The translations under genes were made by a program, and so were the position numbers. A stretch of 64,000 nucleotides of DNA from Lytechinus pictus (taxonomy: Eukaryota), in NCBI RefSeq assembly GCF_037042905.1, contig NC_087252.1:1676001-1740000 (forward strand), written 5' to 3'. Positions 13,172 through 26,100 of the stretch are shown here, piece after piece. The notes beneath the pieces were generated by a model, which was not told the origin of the DNA, ran no database searches, and saw nothing but the letters and a program-made list of their open reading frames with translations. How positions within the stretch are numbered: position 1 is the first letter of the stretch; every line of letters begins with the position of its first letter.

Positions 13172-13510
13172 AAGCGTTGTGGTGTAGCGATTCCGACTCG
13201 CCTTGTAATCCGAATCATGTGTTCGAATCCCACCATGGCCTAGCGTCCTTTGGCAAGGTATCAATCCACACTTTGAAACTCTCCACCCACGTGTTAAATG
13301 GGTACCCGGTAGGATGCAAAAGCATATGCAGTATGCCTAGCAATTGAGTCTCAGAACTCTTGTTGGAATGCTCCCCAGGGAGTGGAGAAAGTGCAGACAC
13401 TGTATGTGGGCACGTCGGGATCCGATGACTGCGGTAGTAATATATCTGTAAAGCGCTTAGAGACGTCTTTCCGATTAAGCGCTACATAAAAGTGGATTAC
13501 TATTATCATT
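13172..13510 (+). mobile_element. tRNA-derived SINE with an L2-type 3' tail
   Basis: A-box-like tggtgtagcga (~13180), B-box gttcgaatcc (13221-13230), central ccaccca..tgttaaatgggtacc, 3' tgtaaagcgcttagag...aagcgctacataa and a (TAT)-like tail. Confidence 0.8.
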
Positions 13511-13534
13511 CTGTAGTCTCTGAAGTTTGGAATA

Positions 13535-13707
13535 TCATCTCTTTGTCACATCCTTTGTCACCGATTCATCAAGTTCTTCTTCTACCACTACCTCGATACA
13601 AAGAGAGCAATTAGAACAGTTGACAAGCCTTGATTCCTCCGATGCATCATCCTCACTCAGGATATACTCCCCTCCACATCGGCATTGGTGGCTGTAGGTC
13701 AGGTCAT
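13535..13707 (-). CDS. DNAJC24: DNAJC24 last coding exon (CSL zinc finger)
   Basis: Acceptor ccatcag; DDLTYSHQCRCGGEYILSEDDASEESRLVNCSNCSLCIEVVVEEELDESVTKDVTKR*. Confidence 0.92.
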
Positions 13708-16144
13708 CTGATGGGAAAGGTCAAAGGTTACAGAAAAGGTCAAAAGTTAGATATTGAAAGAAATATTCATATTATATGGCTCAAAATGGGATATTAGACT
13801 GAATTATTCCATGAGTTGAGAGAATATTGCATTAGTTGTAGGAGGAGTGTAATATTGGCTCTAACAGGTGGAATATTTCTGATTCCCATGACGAAAAGCC
13901 ATTCAATATAATCATTATTATCTTCTTTGATGATTATTAGGCCTATGAAAAATTGTTACGTTGCCCTCATCAGCCCATAATCATTCGGTGCTTTTTTAAA
14001 TACCTTTGATGCTGCACTGTAAAAGAAAATAATGCAGGAATGATTCATTTATGTGGTCATGTGGTCAAACATGTCAAAATACATATTAAAGTGCTATTTA
14101 AGACATAGGCCTATTGTAAACAAATTTGAGCATTGAGCTTAACATTTGTATATTTTGTATCTGCCTAAAAAAAACGACTCTGTTTTTTTCGTATGTTAGG
14201 GTTGGTCAGATGAGGGCAACATACATTTTTTTCAATGCTTTATTAAAGGCATATGAGCAATATAAAACCCATGGAGCACTCATGAACAAATAATCTATGA
14301 TTTTTTAAAAAGCTACTGAATTCTTCACGTTCGTTTGCCTCACAGCAACATTGCTAGTGAAAAGCATTATTTGTTGCATGAAATTCTCCCTTTGTAGCTA
14401 CTTAGCAGTAAACCTACCTTCATTCCAAGACATGTCATCTAGACTGATCTCATCATTAACCAAAGTATTAGTTAATTGGGTGGCTGTAAAAAGTACAACA
14501 AAGAAAATTTACAGGTTCATCGATCACACAAGGTCCATTTAAATCTATTCACAACTTAAAATATTCTGAAACATTAATGGTACATGAAAAGTTAAATGGA
14601 TGCTCCGGGCTGAAAATATTTATATCTATACACACAAAAAATATTATATGTGAAATTTACTTGTTTGTATTTATGGCTTAATGTTTATCCATAAGTATAT
14701 GAAAAAATATATATCATTTCAGTTTGTACAAGTACTAACTATGTTTGAGGACAATGTAATATGAAGAAAAGCTAAAAAGCATTTAAAAAATAGACAAAAT
14801 AGGTATTGCAAAACTGGAAATTAGACAAAATGGTTGGTAAATGAACTGGATAGAGACTAACTAGGATTATAGCATGTGGGATTAGACCAAATGAAAAGTA
14901 GACCAAGTGGCAATCATATTCATGAGACACCTTTCCTTTGTAAAGCCTGGCTTGCACCTTTCTGTTTTGGATTCAGGGTTCCCAGCTTTTCAAGAAAACA
15001 AAAATCCCTGATTTTTCCCTGATGAAGTTTAAAAATTCCCTGATAATTATTTAAACCCATTCCCAGTTTCGCATGTTTCTAAGTTGTTGCAGTGAATTAC
15101 ATGTATTTTCAGTATAAAAACAAAAGTGTAAAACTAACTAGTACCACCACATCCAGTCATTCAATGGATGTTGTTTTGAAATGCAAAAAATATAACATGC
15201 AACTTTGTACAAGCATCTGAGCCCATAGGCAAACTGTGATTGCAACCAAATATTTTGCTGCATTGAATGCTGCGTTAGGCTACGTGTGGCTGTTTGGCTA
15301 ACATAGCAATCCACAGCTTAAAAAGCCAAGGTGTGAACTAGGCTTTAGCAGTAAAAGGGTGTGTTGTGTTTACCTCTTTGTCTGGTGTCATACTGGTGTC
15401 TAAGATTCGAGTCACTGAGGATCTTCCAAGCTTTATCTAATCTCTGGAACTCTGAATGACAGCCTTCCCTCTCATCTTCACTCACTTTATCTGGATGATA
15501 CTGATTCAGAGAAACCAACAGAAAATAAATAACATTTAGATTTCAAATTCTAATCCTGAATTTCATAATTAATTAACTACAAAAGGAAAACTTATCATCA
15601 TTCACAATCGTCCACTGTTGTTAACATCATCATCATCAATATAATTGGCAGTTATAGACACTTCATCACCATCGATACCATCATCCCAATCACCATCAAT
15701 ATTATCACCGTCTTCCTCCTTTTCTTCTTCACTATCACCATAACCATCATAATCATAATAATCATCACTATTATCATCACGGTCATCATCAACAACGAAC
15801 TGTGTCACCACCACCACCACCATTATCAATATCAGTTACCATTACCATTACCATCATTATCTTAATCTTCATTTATACCATCCCACACCTCCACCACCAC
15901 CACCACCACCACCACCATCATGACCAATATGAACATCATCATCATCATCAACATCATCACCATCATCATCATCACCACCACAACCATCATTTTCATCATC
16001 ACTTTCCCTGCAATCATTTGAGAGCTTTGAATTTTTGCTTACTTTTAGAACGAGTCTCCTGTAATTAGCTTTCAATTCTTCATACGAGGCTGACGAGGAA
16101 GATTCCAAAATGGTGTATAAATCTTGATCCACCGTTTCTTGCAT
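13535..16144 (-). CDS. DNAJC24: DnaJ homolog subfamily C member 24 / diphthamide biosynthesis protein Dph4 (J domain + CSL zinc finger), 155 aa, 4 coding exons
   Basis: join(16144-16043, 15500-15374, 14483-14418, 13707-13535) = 468 nt, all introns GT-AG and in frame. DLYTIL...YRRLVLK-YHPDK...FQRLDKAWKILSD...YD (J domain with HPD), then ISLDDM...YSHQCRCGGEY...CSNCSLCIEV (zf-CSL). Confidence 0.93.
14418..14483 (-). CDS. DNAJC24: DNAJC24 coding exon 3
   Basis: tttttacag | ATQLTNTLVNDEISLDDMSWNE | gtaggt. Confidence 0.88.
15374..15500 (-). CDS. DNAJC24: DNAJC24 coding exon 2 (HPD motif)
   Basis: aatcag | YHPDKVSEDEREGCHSEFQRLDKAWKILSDSNLRHQYDTRQR | gtaaac. Confidence 0.92.
15594..16000. repeat. 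Degenerate (CAT)n/(CAC)n trinucleotide tract in a DNAJC24 intron
   Basis: Runs of catcatcat and caccaccac between coding exons 1 and 2. Confidence 0.9.
16043..16144 (-). CDS. DNAJC24: DNAJC24 coding exon 1
   Basis: MQETVDQDLYTILESSSSASYEELKANYRRLVLK | gtaagc. In-frame TAG two codons upstream. A probable acceptor at ~16201 and donor at ~16972 suggest a non-coding first exon. Confidence 0.9.
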
Positions 16145-19100
16145 TCTCTATCCCTTTGTTTCTTCCATCAATTTTTTTTCTCTCATCTGCAGGGCTTTCC
16201 TTCAAATGATGAAAACAATAACAAAATGAATAAAGATTGTATTAATTAATTACCAAGAGGGTCTCCAACAAATTTTTGGGGGGCTACCTGTACCTCCTGT
16301 GTTTTATTTTTTGACAAAAAATGAAAAATGTGTTGTGTTTGTTGGATGTACACTAGATCTCTAAGTTAGATCTAGATCAAGTGAACATCATGAAGATTTT
16401 CTTGTTTTTATTCAATGTTGAACTTTAATTTCAACTGAATATTTTCAACTGAATAAATGCTACTAATATCAATTTACAACTGATTAATTTTTTACTAGCC
16501 GTTAAGGACACTCACACTATTGCGAGGTTAGTAGGATGGATATTATATGAGGAGAAATATTGCAAGTTATGACACCAAAAATCTCAAAAATAGTGCTAAA
16601 AACAGTTTTTACAAAACAAATAAGAAAAATAACAGTTACACTGTACTATAGCCTGTGTAGGCTGATAACGAATCTGGTATGATTAAGATTTAATAATAGC
16701 AATAATATTGACAAAAATAATAATAAAGATTCTTTTTTTTCTAACAAACAAATCTCCGATTTCCAAACAGTGAAACACAATGCGACATCAATGGGATTCG
16801 CAATTACATGTCCAGCCAATGAAACATAAGTTTTATACGTGTACAGCGCGGTGGTATGTGGCTCGTTAACGAAAGCAAAGACAAAGTCCTGAATTTGTGA
16901 ATTTAATTTCCATGCAGAAAATCCTGAAAATATCATACTATCGATGATGCTAAACGAAGTATGAATACATACCTGTAAATATAAAGTTAAGAACATATGT
17001 CTATCACTAAATTTTTATTAAAAAAAAAACAAATTTAGTTGGGCCTCCGATCCGATCCTCGCGCGTTAAACGTTATAGCAGAACATGACGTTTTATTTCA
17101 GCGATTGATCTGAATGGCGCAGGGGTTTCCCCGAATTTATTGGGCAATGGGTAGGGGGGGAAGAAGGTGGTGCAGCTGCAGGGGGATAATTTCATCTAAT
17201 CATCTGCATGGCCCTGGGAAGAGGGCAGAGGGGGTGCTGAAACACTCCCAAGATTTTCCTTGGGAGTACGTATTGCGTGTAGGCCTATTATTTTCCATAG
17301 GAAAAAAACCCTGAAATTTTGGAATTCAAGGTGCGAATATATGGATAACTTGAATATGTAACCCAAACGGGAACCCAAATGACCTTCACTATAATTTGTA
17401 TGGAATTTTTTTTTTGCTTTGCTTTTCAAATTTCCCGGGCAAATTTCTCGGCACCCAAATGACCTCCATTTTTTGTATTCTCATTTTTGTTAAACTGTGT
17501 AATATGTCTCTTGTTTTGATTGGTTTAAATAAACTTGAACTTGCATGAACTTGAACCCCCCTTTGTTTTTTTGCCTTAAAATTTTCGGGAGCAATATGAC
17601 TTCCATTTTATAGGAACCCTACTAATAAAAATTGTTCCCAGGACCCTGGTCTTTCCCAGAAATATCTATTTATTTGTATTTTTCGAAGAAAAAATGTAAC
17701 AATTGCAAATTAATTCTATAAATCTGTGATGATCGATGGACAGGAATGTTTTTTTAAATGGAAATCCCTTTCGAGTGACCACCAACACTCTTCTTCTTAT
17801 ATTAGTGTTGCTTTTCAAATTTCTCGGCACCCAAATCACCTCCATTAAGTTGAAGCATAGCAGCGAGCCTGTGGGGGGGGGGGGGGGTGAGTAGTCTGCA
17901 GAACCAGTACGACAATACTCCAGACGATTGCCTGTACTGTTTCTACTGTAGAAGAAGAAGGAGTATCAATTAAGGGAATACCACTGGCTTGGGCCATTCC
18001 TATACAAGCAATTTGCTTTCTTATGGTCCTATCCATATTCTGTATTATATTTTGCCACTTTATTGCATATGTACATGGTATGATTTGTATATTTCTATAT
18101 TATAATATGTCATATTTTTACATGACTATATACACCGTAATTTATTATTACCTAAAAATAAGTCATCATTATTTTGTTTTAGACAGCAGGTTGAAAAGTG
18201 TTGTGAAAATGGCTGATTTTACTAGCATGCAGGGGCGTAACAGGGGTCGGTGGAGGGGGGGGGGGGTGGACAAGAGCCAACAATTTCCCGGTCATATCAT
18301 GGTATATGAACAGGCAGTGGCGTATTTAAGAAAAAAAATTGAGGGGGGAGGCAGATATGGCGTATTGAGCAAAATTTATTTAAAAAATAAGAAAATAAAA
18401 AGTTGCGAGCGAGCGAGCAAAAATTTTGACATTTTTCTTACAAAAATCAAATTTTGTGATAAATTTTGACATAATATTTGTTAAATAATATCATATTTCA
18501 GCCCTTCTCTCTTTGCTTTTTTCCCCCCTTTCTCTTTTTTTTCATCTGTATGCAACCGTGAACAGGATTTTTTTCACGGCGCGCGAGCATTTGGGCTTAG
18601 CTCTATGCGGCAGTGGCGTGAGGAGTCAAAAAAAAAGAGGGGGCACAACATGGCGCGTGCCAAGAGTTGCTTAATTAATAATATAAGTCCTGATCGAGCG
18701 AAGAGAGCGAGAAAATCTCCTTTTCATGAGAATCTAACTTTGAGATAGATTTTGACATGACATTCAGACAATACCATCATATATACGTGTACCTAATACA
18801 TAATTTTTTTTTATTTGGGCCTTCGTGGAACTTTTGGGGGCCATGGCCCAAACTCTTCCACCTGTATGCCAGTGCTATGCGAGTGGGGTTCGGGGGCTCC
18901 GCCCCAGAACCTCTTGATATTATTAAAGCCATGCATTTCAGCCCTTACAGATGGCCCTATTTTTAATCAAAATTAATCGCGGGTATACGGCTTTTACACA
19001 ACACATATGAAAGTGGGGGGGGGGGGGGGCGGCTGGCCATGCAAAAAATTATAATCAGATGGTAACTTTTACGTTTTTGTACACGGCTTTGGAAAAAAAA

Positions 19101-19960
19101 GTTCGGGGGCTGAAGCTCCCAGCCTTCGATTCCGCGGCCCCTGCATTACTTCAACGCAGTTGCGTAATAAACCAGATATTTTAAATTAGGTTTAATGTAT
19201 TTAGTGATTTGATATTTGTAAAGCACACACATATATATATATATATAAAGAGTCTTTTTAGTAATATTATGCGCTATATGAATTTCAAATATTATTATTA
19301 TTAGCCAAATATGGGAAAATGTGTAAAAAGTCGCCAGTGAGCGAAGTGAGCCATAAAAAAAAAATCGCCTTTTGAAATTAACTACTTGTTATATGACAGA
19401 TTTTATACAGTATATTCAGCAAACAACATATCATTTTTTAATGTTTTCCATTCATTTTATTTCGTTGCCTTCTTCATTTTCTTTTATTTTCCCCTCGGCT
19501 GTGGAACCAAACACCGCCTTCCCCACTGTACGCCGTGCTTCAACGTAAAGCTCAATACAGGAAGGGTCCATACCGGGGGGGGGGGGGGCGTTATAGAGCA
19601 CTTTGAAGATTAAAAATGAAGATCCCATACTGCTGGGGTCTTGGACAGAGCCCCCGGTAGCTTTAGAGATTCAGCCAAAAGAAAGATTAAGAGAAGGGGC
19701 GGTGGAGCGAATTTGAAAGTTGGGGGGGGGGGGGGCACAGGGAAAAAGGGCACATTTTTTTTTCGAAAGGGGCACTATCTTAAAACAAAGAAAACAAACG
19801 ACTTATTTACAGTGGCGTAATGAGCCAAAAAGTTTCAGGCGGCTAGATATGTCGTATCACGGTAAATTTATAAGAAGTTGTGAGCGAGCGAGCAAAATTT
19901 TAGACATTTTTATAACGATAATCAAATTTAGTGATAGATTTTGACATAATATTCAGAATA

Positions 19961-20388
19961 TAGGGGGAAGTGGGGTAATGACGAACACCTTTCTGATCAG
20001 AGCGATAGCAAGAATCAAAGTGAGCCTTATTCCAAAACTAGTACATAATATGATAAAAACACACCATATATTGACTGTAACAACGTCTTTATTCAACATC
20101 AAGCATTTATAGTACAAACGCAGATTTTCGGGATTACCCCTCACTTCCGGGCCACAGGGTAATCGCGAACGCCATTCGTGGAAACATAAACAAGTAAAGA
20201 TATGTTATTTGGATTCTTTTCGATTATTCTTTAATCGGAAGAGACAAGTCAACAAATCCGTGCATAGGAATTCAGACAACATTCTGTGTTTCGGCTATTA
20301 CTGCCGTGACAGCAGAACCTCACCTCTCCTAGGAGATATTGAGATGTTCGGGATTACCCCGCGTTCGGGATTACCCCACTCTCCCCTA
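19961..20388. mobile_element. MITE with TA ends, nested in the hAT-like element
   Basis: tagggggaagtggggtaat ... attaccccactctccccta. Confidence 0.72.
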
Positions 20389-20481
20389 TATATATATAAT
20401 GTACATGTATATATTATATTTCACACAGCTCTCTTTCTTCTTCTTTCCTTTCTGTGTTTTTTCTTGATCGTAAAAAAACCG

Positions 20482-21322
20482 GGTCATTCTCAGATGTTAA
20501 AGGGGTACAGAACACATTCGTGAGGTTCAATTTTCTTGGGTAAAAAGGGGCACTGATTCAAGAAAATACACTTACATGAAGGCAAGGGGCACTTGCTCAC
20601 ACATAAAACGAGTCATTCTTATGTGAAAGGGGCACAGTACACGTTCGTGAAGGGACATTTTTCTTGGGTAAAATGGGACACTGATTCAAGAAAGGGCACT
20701 TACAAGAAGGCAAGAGGCGCTTGCTCACACATAAAACGAGTCCTTCTTAGGTGAAAGCGGCACAGTACACGTCCGTGAGGGGACATTTTTCTTGGGTAAA
20801 AAGGGGCACTGATTCAAGAAAGGGCACTTACAAGAAGGCAAGGGGCGCTTGCTCACACATAAAACGAGTCCTTCTTAGGTGAAAGGGGCACAGTACACGT
20901 TCGTGAGGGGACATTTTTCTTGGGTAAAATGGGGCACTGATTCAAGAAAGGGCACTTACAAGAAGGCAAGGGGCGCTTGCTCACACATAAAACGAGTCCT
21001 TCTTAGGTGAAAGGGGCACAGTACACGTTCGTGAGGGGACATTTTTCTTGGGTAAAATGGGGCACTGATTCAAGAAAGGGCACTTACAAGAAGGCAAGAG
21101 GCGCTTGCTCACACATAAAACGAGTCCTTCTTAGGTGAAAGCGGCACAGTACACGTCCGTGAGGGGACATTTTTCTTGGGTAAAATGGGGCACTGATTCA
21201 AGAAAGGGCACTTACAAGAAGGCAAGAGGCGCTTGCTCACACATAAAACGAGTCCTTCTTAGGTGAAAGGGGCACTGTACACGTTCGTGAGGGGACGTTT
21301 TCTTGCGTAACAAGGGGCACTT
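20482..21322. repeat. Tandem repeat, 128-bp unit x ~6.5
   Basis: ctgattcaag recurs at 20553, 20681, 20809, 20937, 21065, 21193. The unit is built from gggcac-containing subrepeats. Confidence 0.95.
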
Positions 21323-22630
21323 TTCAGTGCTTCAAAAAGTGGAGGGGGGCATGCTGTGCCCCCTGGCCCCCAGGATCGCCGCCCCTGATTAAGAGAATTT
21401 TTTACTGTAACTCTTGCAAGCGTATAAAGCTTTTAATTATAGGTAGGCATATAACGTAACTTTACGTAAAGGACTTTTATGTCCTGATTGCGACCATTAT
21501 TGCATTATCAAGCAAGCTTATAATAGACTTCAATCATGCACAATGTAATATGCCATCCATTCTTCCCATTCTTTATTTGTTTTCTTCGTTTTCCGATTTT
21601 GCTTTTGGCTCATTCCATTTTACCTTCATTCCTCGCTTTTGTTTGCCTCTTTTCTTTCCCCTTCACACAATCTTTTAATTTATTTCCCTTTCTTAATACT
21701 AATCACGTTAATGTATTAGTATTTCGGAATGATAAGTTCTTTCTCACATGCTTTTCCCTTTCTTTCTTTCTTTTTTTTCTTTCTTTCTCAGTCTCCCTTT
21801 TTCATTTTCCAGCTTTTTTTCTTCAGTTTTCGGATAAATCCGCCGGGAGGGGGGGGGGGGGGGGGGGCTACCCCCTGCCACCGCCTGTTACGCCACTGCT
21901 AGCATGGAATCGCCCAACTATTATACTTTAGGTTGGGAGATCAGGCCAATTAATCTCTCGCTCCCAATTTTTTTAAATTTTTTTTATTTCCTCTTTTTTG
22001 TTTTGTTTTATTTAATGATAAAAATGTTGTAAATGTTTTGATTGCTTGTGATTGTTTGTGATTTGTTTTTTACTTGTTCAATAAAAACATTAAAAAAAAT
22101 CAGCTCAGATATAAAACACTTAGTGATAATGTAATACACGCCATGCAATGTTGTACAGAGCATGTATATTTTCGAAGTATAAATGCGAATATTGCAAGGC
22201 CTATTTGGTTTTTCGACAATCGATCCCGCCTTCATCCTGCCAATCAATGCATTATATTATAAAAGGCTATATATAATGAACCATGCACTCCAAGAACATT
22301 ATGATATGGTGGCAATCAAGTTGTTTAAAACTTTATATAGACATATAAAACAAACGTGACACGGGCCGGTCTACGTGACAAATGTTCAGTGGTTGGTAGT
22401 TATTTCATACAGTGATTACCTATCAATTTTTTTTATAATGTGTACATTATGTGAATTGAAGTTGTACTTTGTAACTTTTTGAGCAGCCAGTGCATGATTA
22501 TGAATCACATAATCATCAGTCTTATCTAGGGTTAGAGTGTATGTGTAGAGGGATGGTAATCTACATGATCTAACGACTTCGTCAACTTATTCTCGCACAA
22601 AACTTGATCAAAGGAAAATACAATTCCACT

Positions 22631-22676
22631 ATGGGTTTGGCGCTGGCATTGATTTATATACTTTCATGTACATACT
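22631..22676 (+). CDS. Ig-GTPase exon 1 (signal peptide)
   Basis: MGLALALIYILSCTY t|gtaagt; hydrophobic, continues as SLLPVTA in exon 2. Confidence 0.75.
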
Positions 22677-22916
22677 GTAAGTATTAGAACAACTTATTCT
22701 GTAATGAATGAATCAGGTTTTACTTATATTCCCTGTTTTTCGTTCATATTTAATTCACCCGGTATTCCTTGCACTGTCATCGAGTAAATGGGACCGATCA
22801 TTGAGTTGTTTCGTTGTGTTGGCGATAATCAAATTATGAAGTCGAAGTTACCTGAAAACTTTATATTGGTATTGGGGAGAATCAGAGATACCTCAGTATC
22901 ATTATGATGATATGAA

Positions 22917-22959
<43 letters not shown>

Positions 22960-23135
22960 TATACTATTCACGAATCTTCCCTGAAGAAGGTAGATGCCTA
23001 CCGAAAATTTGGAAAGTGAACAATAAGGAACTTAATTGTTGGCATTGCAAAAATTGCATTACTCGTGAATTTGTTTCGCATTTCTGATGCCGTCTTATTA
23101 TTGCCAATACGTGGACAACCAAGATGTATATGTAT

Positions 23136-23177
<42 letters not shown>

Positions 23178-26100
23178 GGGAAAGAGAGGGAGAGAGAGGG
23201 GGGGGGGGGAGAGATATTCATATTCACATGAATTAAAGAGTGGGGCTGAGATTACGGGAACATTAATGGCTTAAAATGTTTCCAAATATTATCGCTAATG
23301 TCCTTTTCGAAATGTTTGTTAGCTCTACTTCCGGTCACTGCCATCAGTCCACCCTCCGTCCCCGATGACGCAGTATGGACATCACCTTCTGAAACGTTCT
23401 TGGTTGGGCAGAGTGGTGCATCGTTAAAGTGCTCGTTTCAAGAGAATCCCATTGCTGTTTACTGGTTAAAAGGTAAATGATTTAAAAATGGAATACACTA
23501 TTGTCCTCACAAGATATCCGGTTATAGGCGCTATTGAGCGTCAAATTCTCACTTGTATAGCGTCAACTTTAATTATTTGACGTCCCATGCGAAAAGTTGA
23601 CGCTCAAGAGATCGTGGTTAAATTTATATTCATACTAAATATAGTTGCCAATCATGAAACATGTTTGTATAATCATGATAATAATTTAAGTCAACAAAAT
23701 ATGATAGTGCATATTTTAGAGAGATTCGAATAAAAAGGAAAATCACAATTGGAAATCCAGTGTTTTTATAAGAGTGTATAGGATACTTTACAACTGCCAT
23801 ATTGAAACTATGATATATTCAGGCCTATATAGCTTCAGCAGTCTTGCAAAGACTATTTCATGAACTCGATGGCAGACAATGATGTTTCAACAGTAGCTTT
23901 ATCATCTTTATGATAATCTTCATGTGATTTTTTTCAAAGAATCTTTTACTTTAGTTCTTCCTGCATATGCTGAAATAGGGGTTAAATGAACCCCAGGGTT
24001 GGTACATAGCGGCACTCCAAGGTGTGCTAAATCTTCACGGTTCGGATCCCTGAAATATTCCCAAAGAATCAAAATAGAGAAGTAAGATATGATGAAAAAT
24101 AAATATTGTAAATGTAATTTCTTGAAGGTGAGTTGCTACAGACTGCAATGCCGCTTATCACGTGGTACAGAGGGGAGATAACCACCCAGAATGAAGGATT
24201 TGAGTTTGGCCCAGACTTCTCGCTGTTATTTGAGCATCCTGGGATATCAGATACCGGAAGATACTACTGCAGGGTGTCGAATCATCAAGGGATCCTCAGC
24301 TCGAACCATACGGATCTTACAGTGTTAGGTGAGGTTTATGAACCCGTGTTTATCTAGAATAAATTAATGGTGCAGTTTCGATAAAGTAGACGTTTGTTTA
24401 ACCAAATTCCTTGCAGATGCCGCCATCCGTTAAAGTCTCACGGTGGCGGATCCCCTGCCTTCCACTAGACTGCAAATTATTTTTCAACAAAAATTATGGC
24501 TAGAATTATTGTAGGTCTGTATTGCATTTCAGCTACATTCAAGTTTTGTAATGGTTTATATATATACCATTATTATGTTGATTACCATTTTTAATCTTTT
24601 AGTGTATAGTTTTATGGGATGCAGAATAAAACGAAATCACAAACAAACTATAAACTCGTAATAATTCTTACGGAATGACTTGCACTTATAATCCAAAAAT
24701 GTAACATTCTGTTGCTTCTCCTAAAGTTCAAGAATCAGATGAGGTTGACAAAGGTGAAGCCGGACATCATTATCTTCGGGTGACCCAGTGTGGAGGAGAC
24801 CCGTTTGATCAGGATTCACCATGTATCATCAAAGTCCACCCAGACCAGGACATCCTTGAACTTGATTGCATCGTAGAGGGCGCCCACCAACCTGTTCTTC
24901 TCACCTGGCATAATGCGGGTGCACTCCACATTTCCCTGAATACCACATCTTCCAGCGAGAAAATACTGGAAGATGGAAAGTACTTAAAGAAAATTTCTTT
25001 GAGACTGCACACTGAAGAGATGGAATCGGAGCGAAAAAGATTGATCTGCATGGCACAAGGTCCCAACGCTACTGAAACCGTAAACGTCACAATTCAATTT
25101 GAACCAGAAATACCCGAAGAAGGTATGTGAAAAAGGTTCATGATGATTTTTTCTACTGTCTGAAAAGGCATATTGATGAAATGCTAGTCATTTGGTTAGA
25201 TTCGAACTTAGAAGATCATTGTTTTATATCCATGCTCAGGTTTATCCAAAGTTTTGGCGCAGGGACACCACAAAATGTTCTCCCCTTGTAAATCGGTTCA
25301 AACATCTCCGTTTTTTATTGATAATAAATGAAACGAAAACAATAACGTGAATAACACATTTCTCTGCAGATAGGCCAGACATATTGAGTGATACATTGGA
25401 ATTAAATAAAGTCCATGTACGGCAACGTAAATTTGATGGAATAAAAAATACTTTAGGAAAGAAAGTAAAGAAAAGAAAGATACCACCTGTAATGAATAAT
25501 GATAACCCCCAAAAGAGAGAAAAACCTACTTTCAATAATCAAAAGTTTCAAAGTATAATTTTTACAAATTAATTAAGCTTCATTTTCAAAACCCTTTTTA
25601 AACAGGTGGCAATTTCAACTTTTTACTGTTTTTTTAAATAACTGATGTGTCGCCTTTGATCGGAAAGGAGACAGTGGCAGAGGCGTCGATACTGAAGAGG
25701 GGGGGGGGGGGGGCAGGGGATGATAGCCTCCTCAATTAAAATATTGGAGTAATTTTTGATATTTTCTTCATTTTGCCACCCCAGCCCCATCCGGAACATG
25801 GATTAATTACGCTCCTGGGCAATGATGATGAGTGGGACAAAAACAAGAACAAAAATAAATGAATTACAACGATTTAAATGAAATCAAAATGAAATCGCAA
25901 ACGTTGCATGAACTATAGATCCATTATCAATAATAATTTTGAAGATTTTTTTCTCGATACTTTGTTTTTATTAATGAAACTTTGTTTGTTTGTATCGTGT
26001 GTATGTCAGGTCCTTCAACAGTGGGGATCGTCGTGGGAGTAATTTTTATTCTGGCGGTCATTTCTGCACTTGTTGCTTTTGTCGTCTGGAAAAAACTTAT

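Larger units (their letters stand above)
19694..21387. mobile_element. Non-autonomous hAT-like element with 8-bp TSD, carrying a nested MITE and a 128-bp tandem array
   Basis: Ends aaggggcgg / cgccgcccctg; TSD attaagag at 19686-93 and 21388-95; empty paralogous sites at ~44803 and ~61028. Confidence 0.82.
17647..22826 (+). repeat. Segmental duplication unit, copy A (upstream region and exon 1 of the Ig-GTPase gene)
   Basis: Colinear similarity with 42414-46167, 59640-60558 and 60630-63513, e.g. ggccattcc.a.caagcaatttgctttcttatgg, catggaatcgcccaactatta, acgtgacacgggccggtctacgtgacaaatg. Confidence 0.88.

Noticed and set aside
13172..13240. tRNA gene
   Set aside because: A and B boxes are present but the cloverleaf is degenerate and it continues into a SINE body and tail.
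12089..13264. 391-aa and 261-aa repeat proteins
   Set aside because: Open only because the 57-bp unit lacks stops in those frames; the longer ORF starts in an antisense SINE and runs through an L2 relic.
15602..16068. His-rich and Asp/Gly-rich ORFs
   Set aside because: Translations of an intronic (CAT/CAC)n tract.
20482..21322. Repeat-spacer array
   Set aside because: The whole 128-bp unit repeats; there is no variable spacer.
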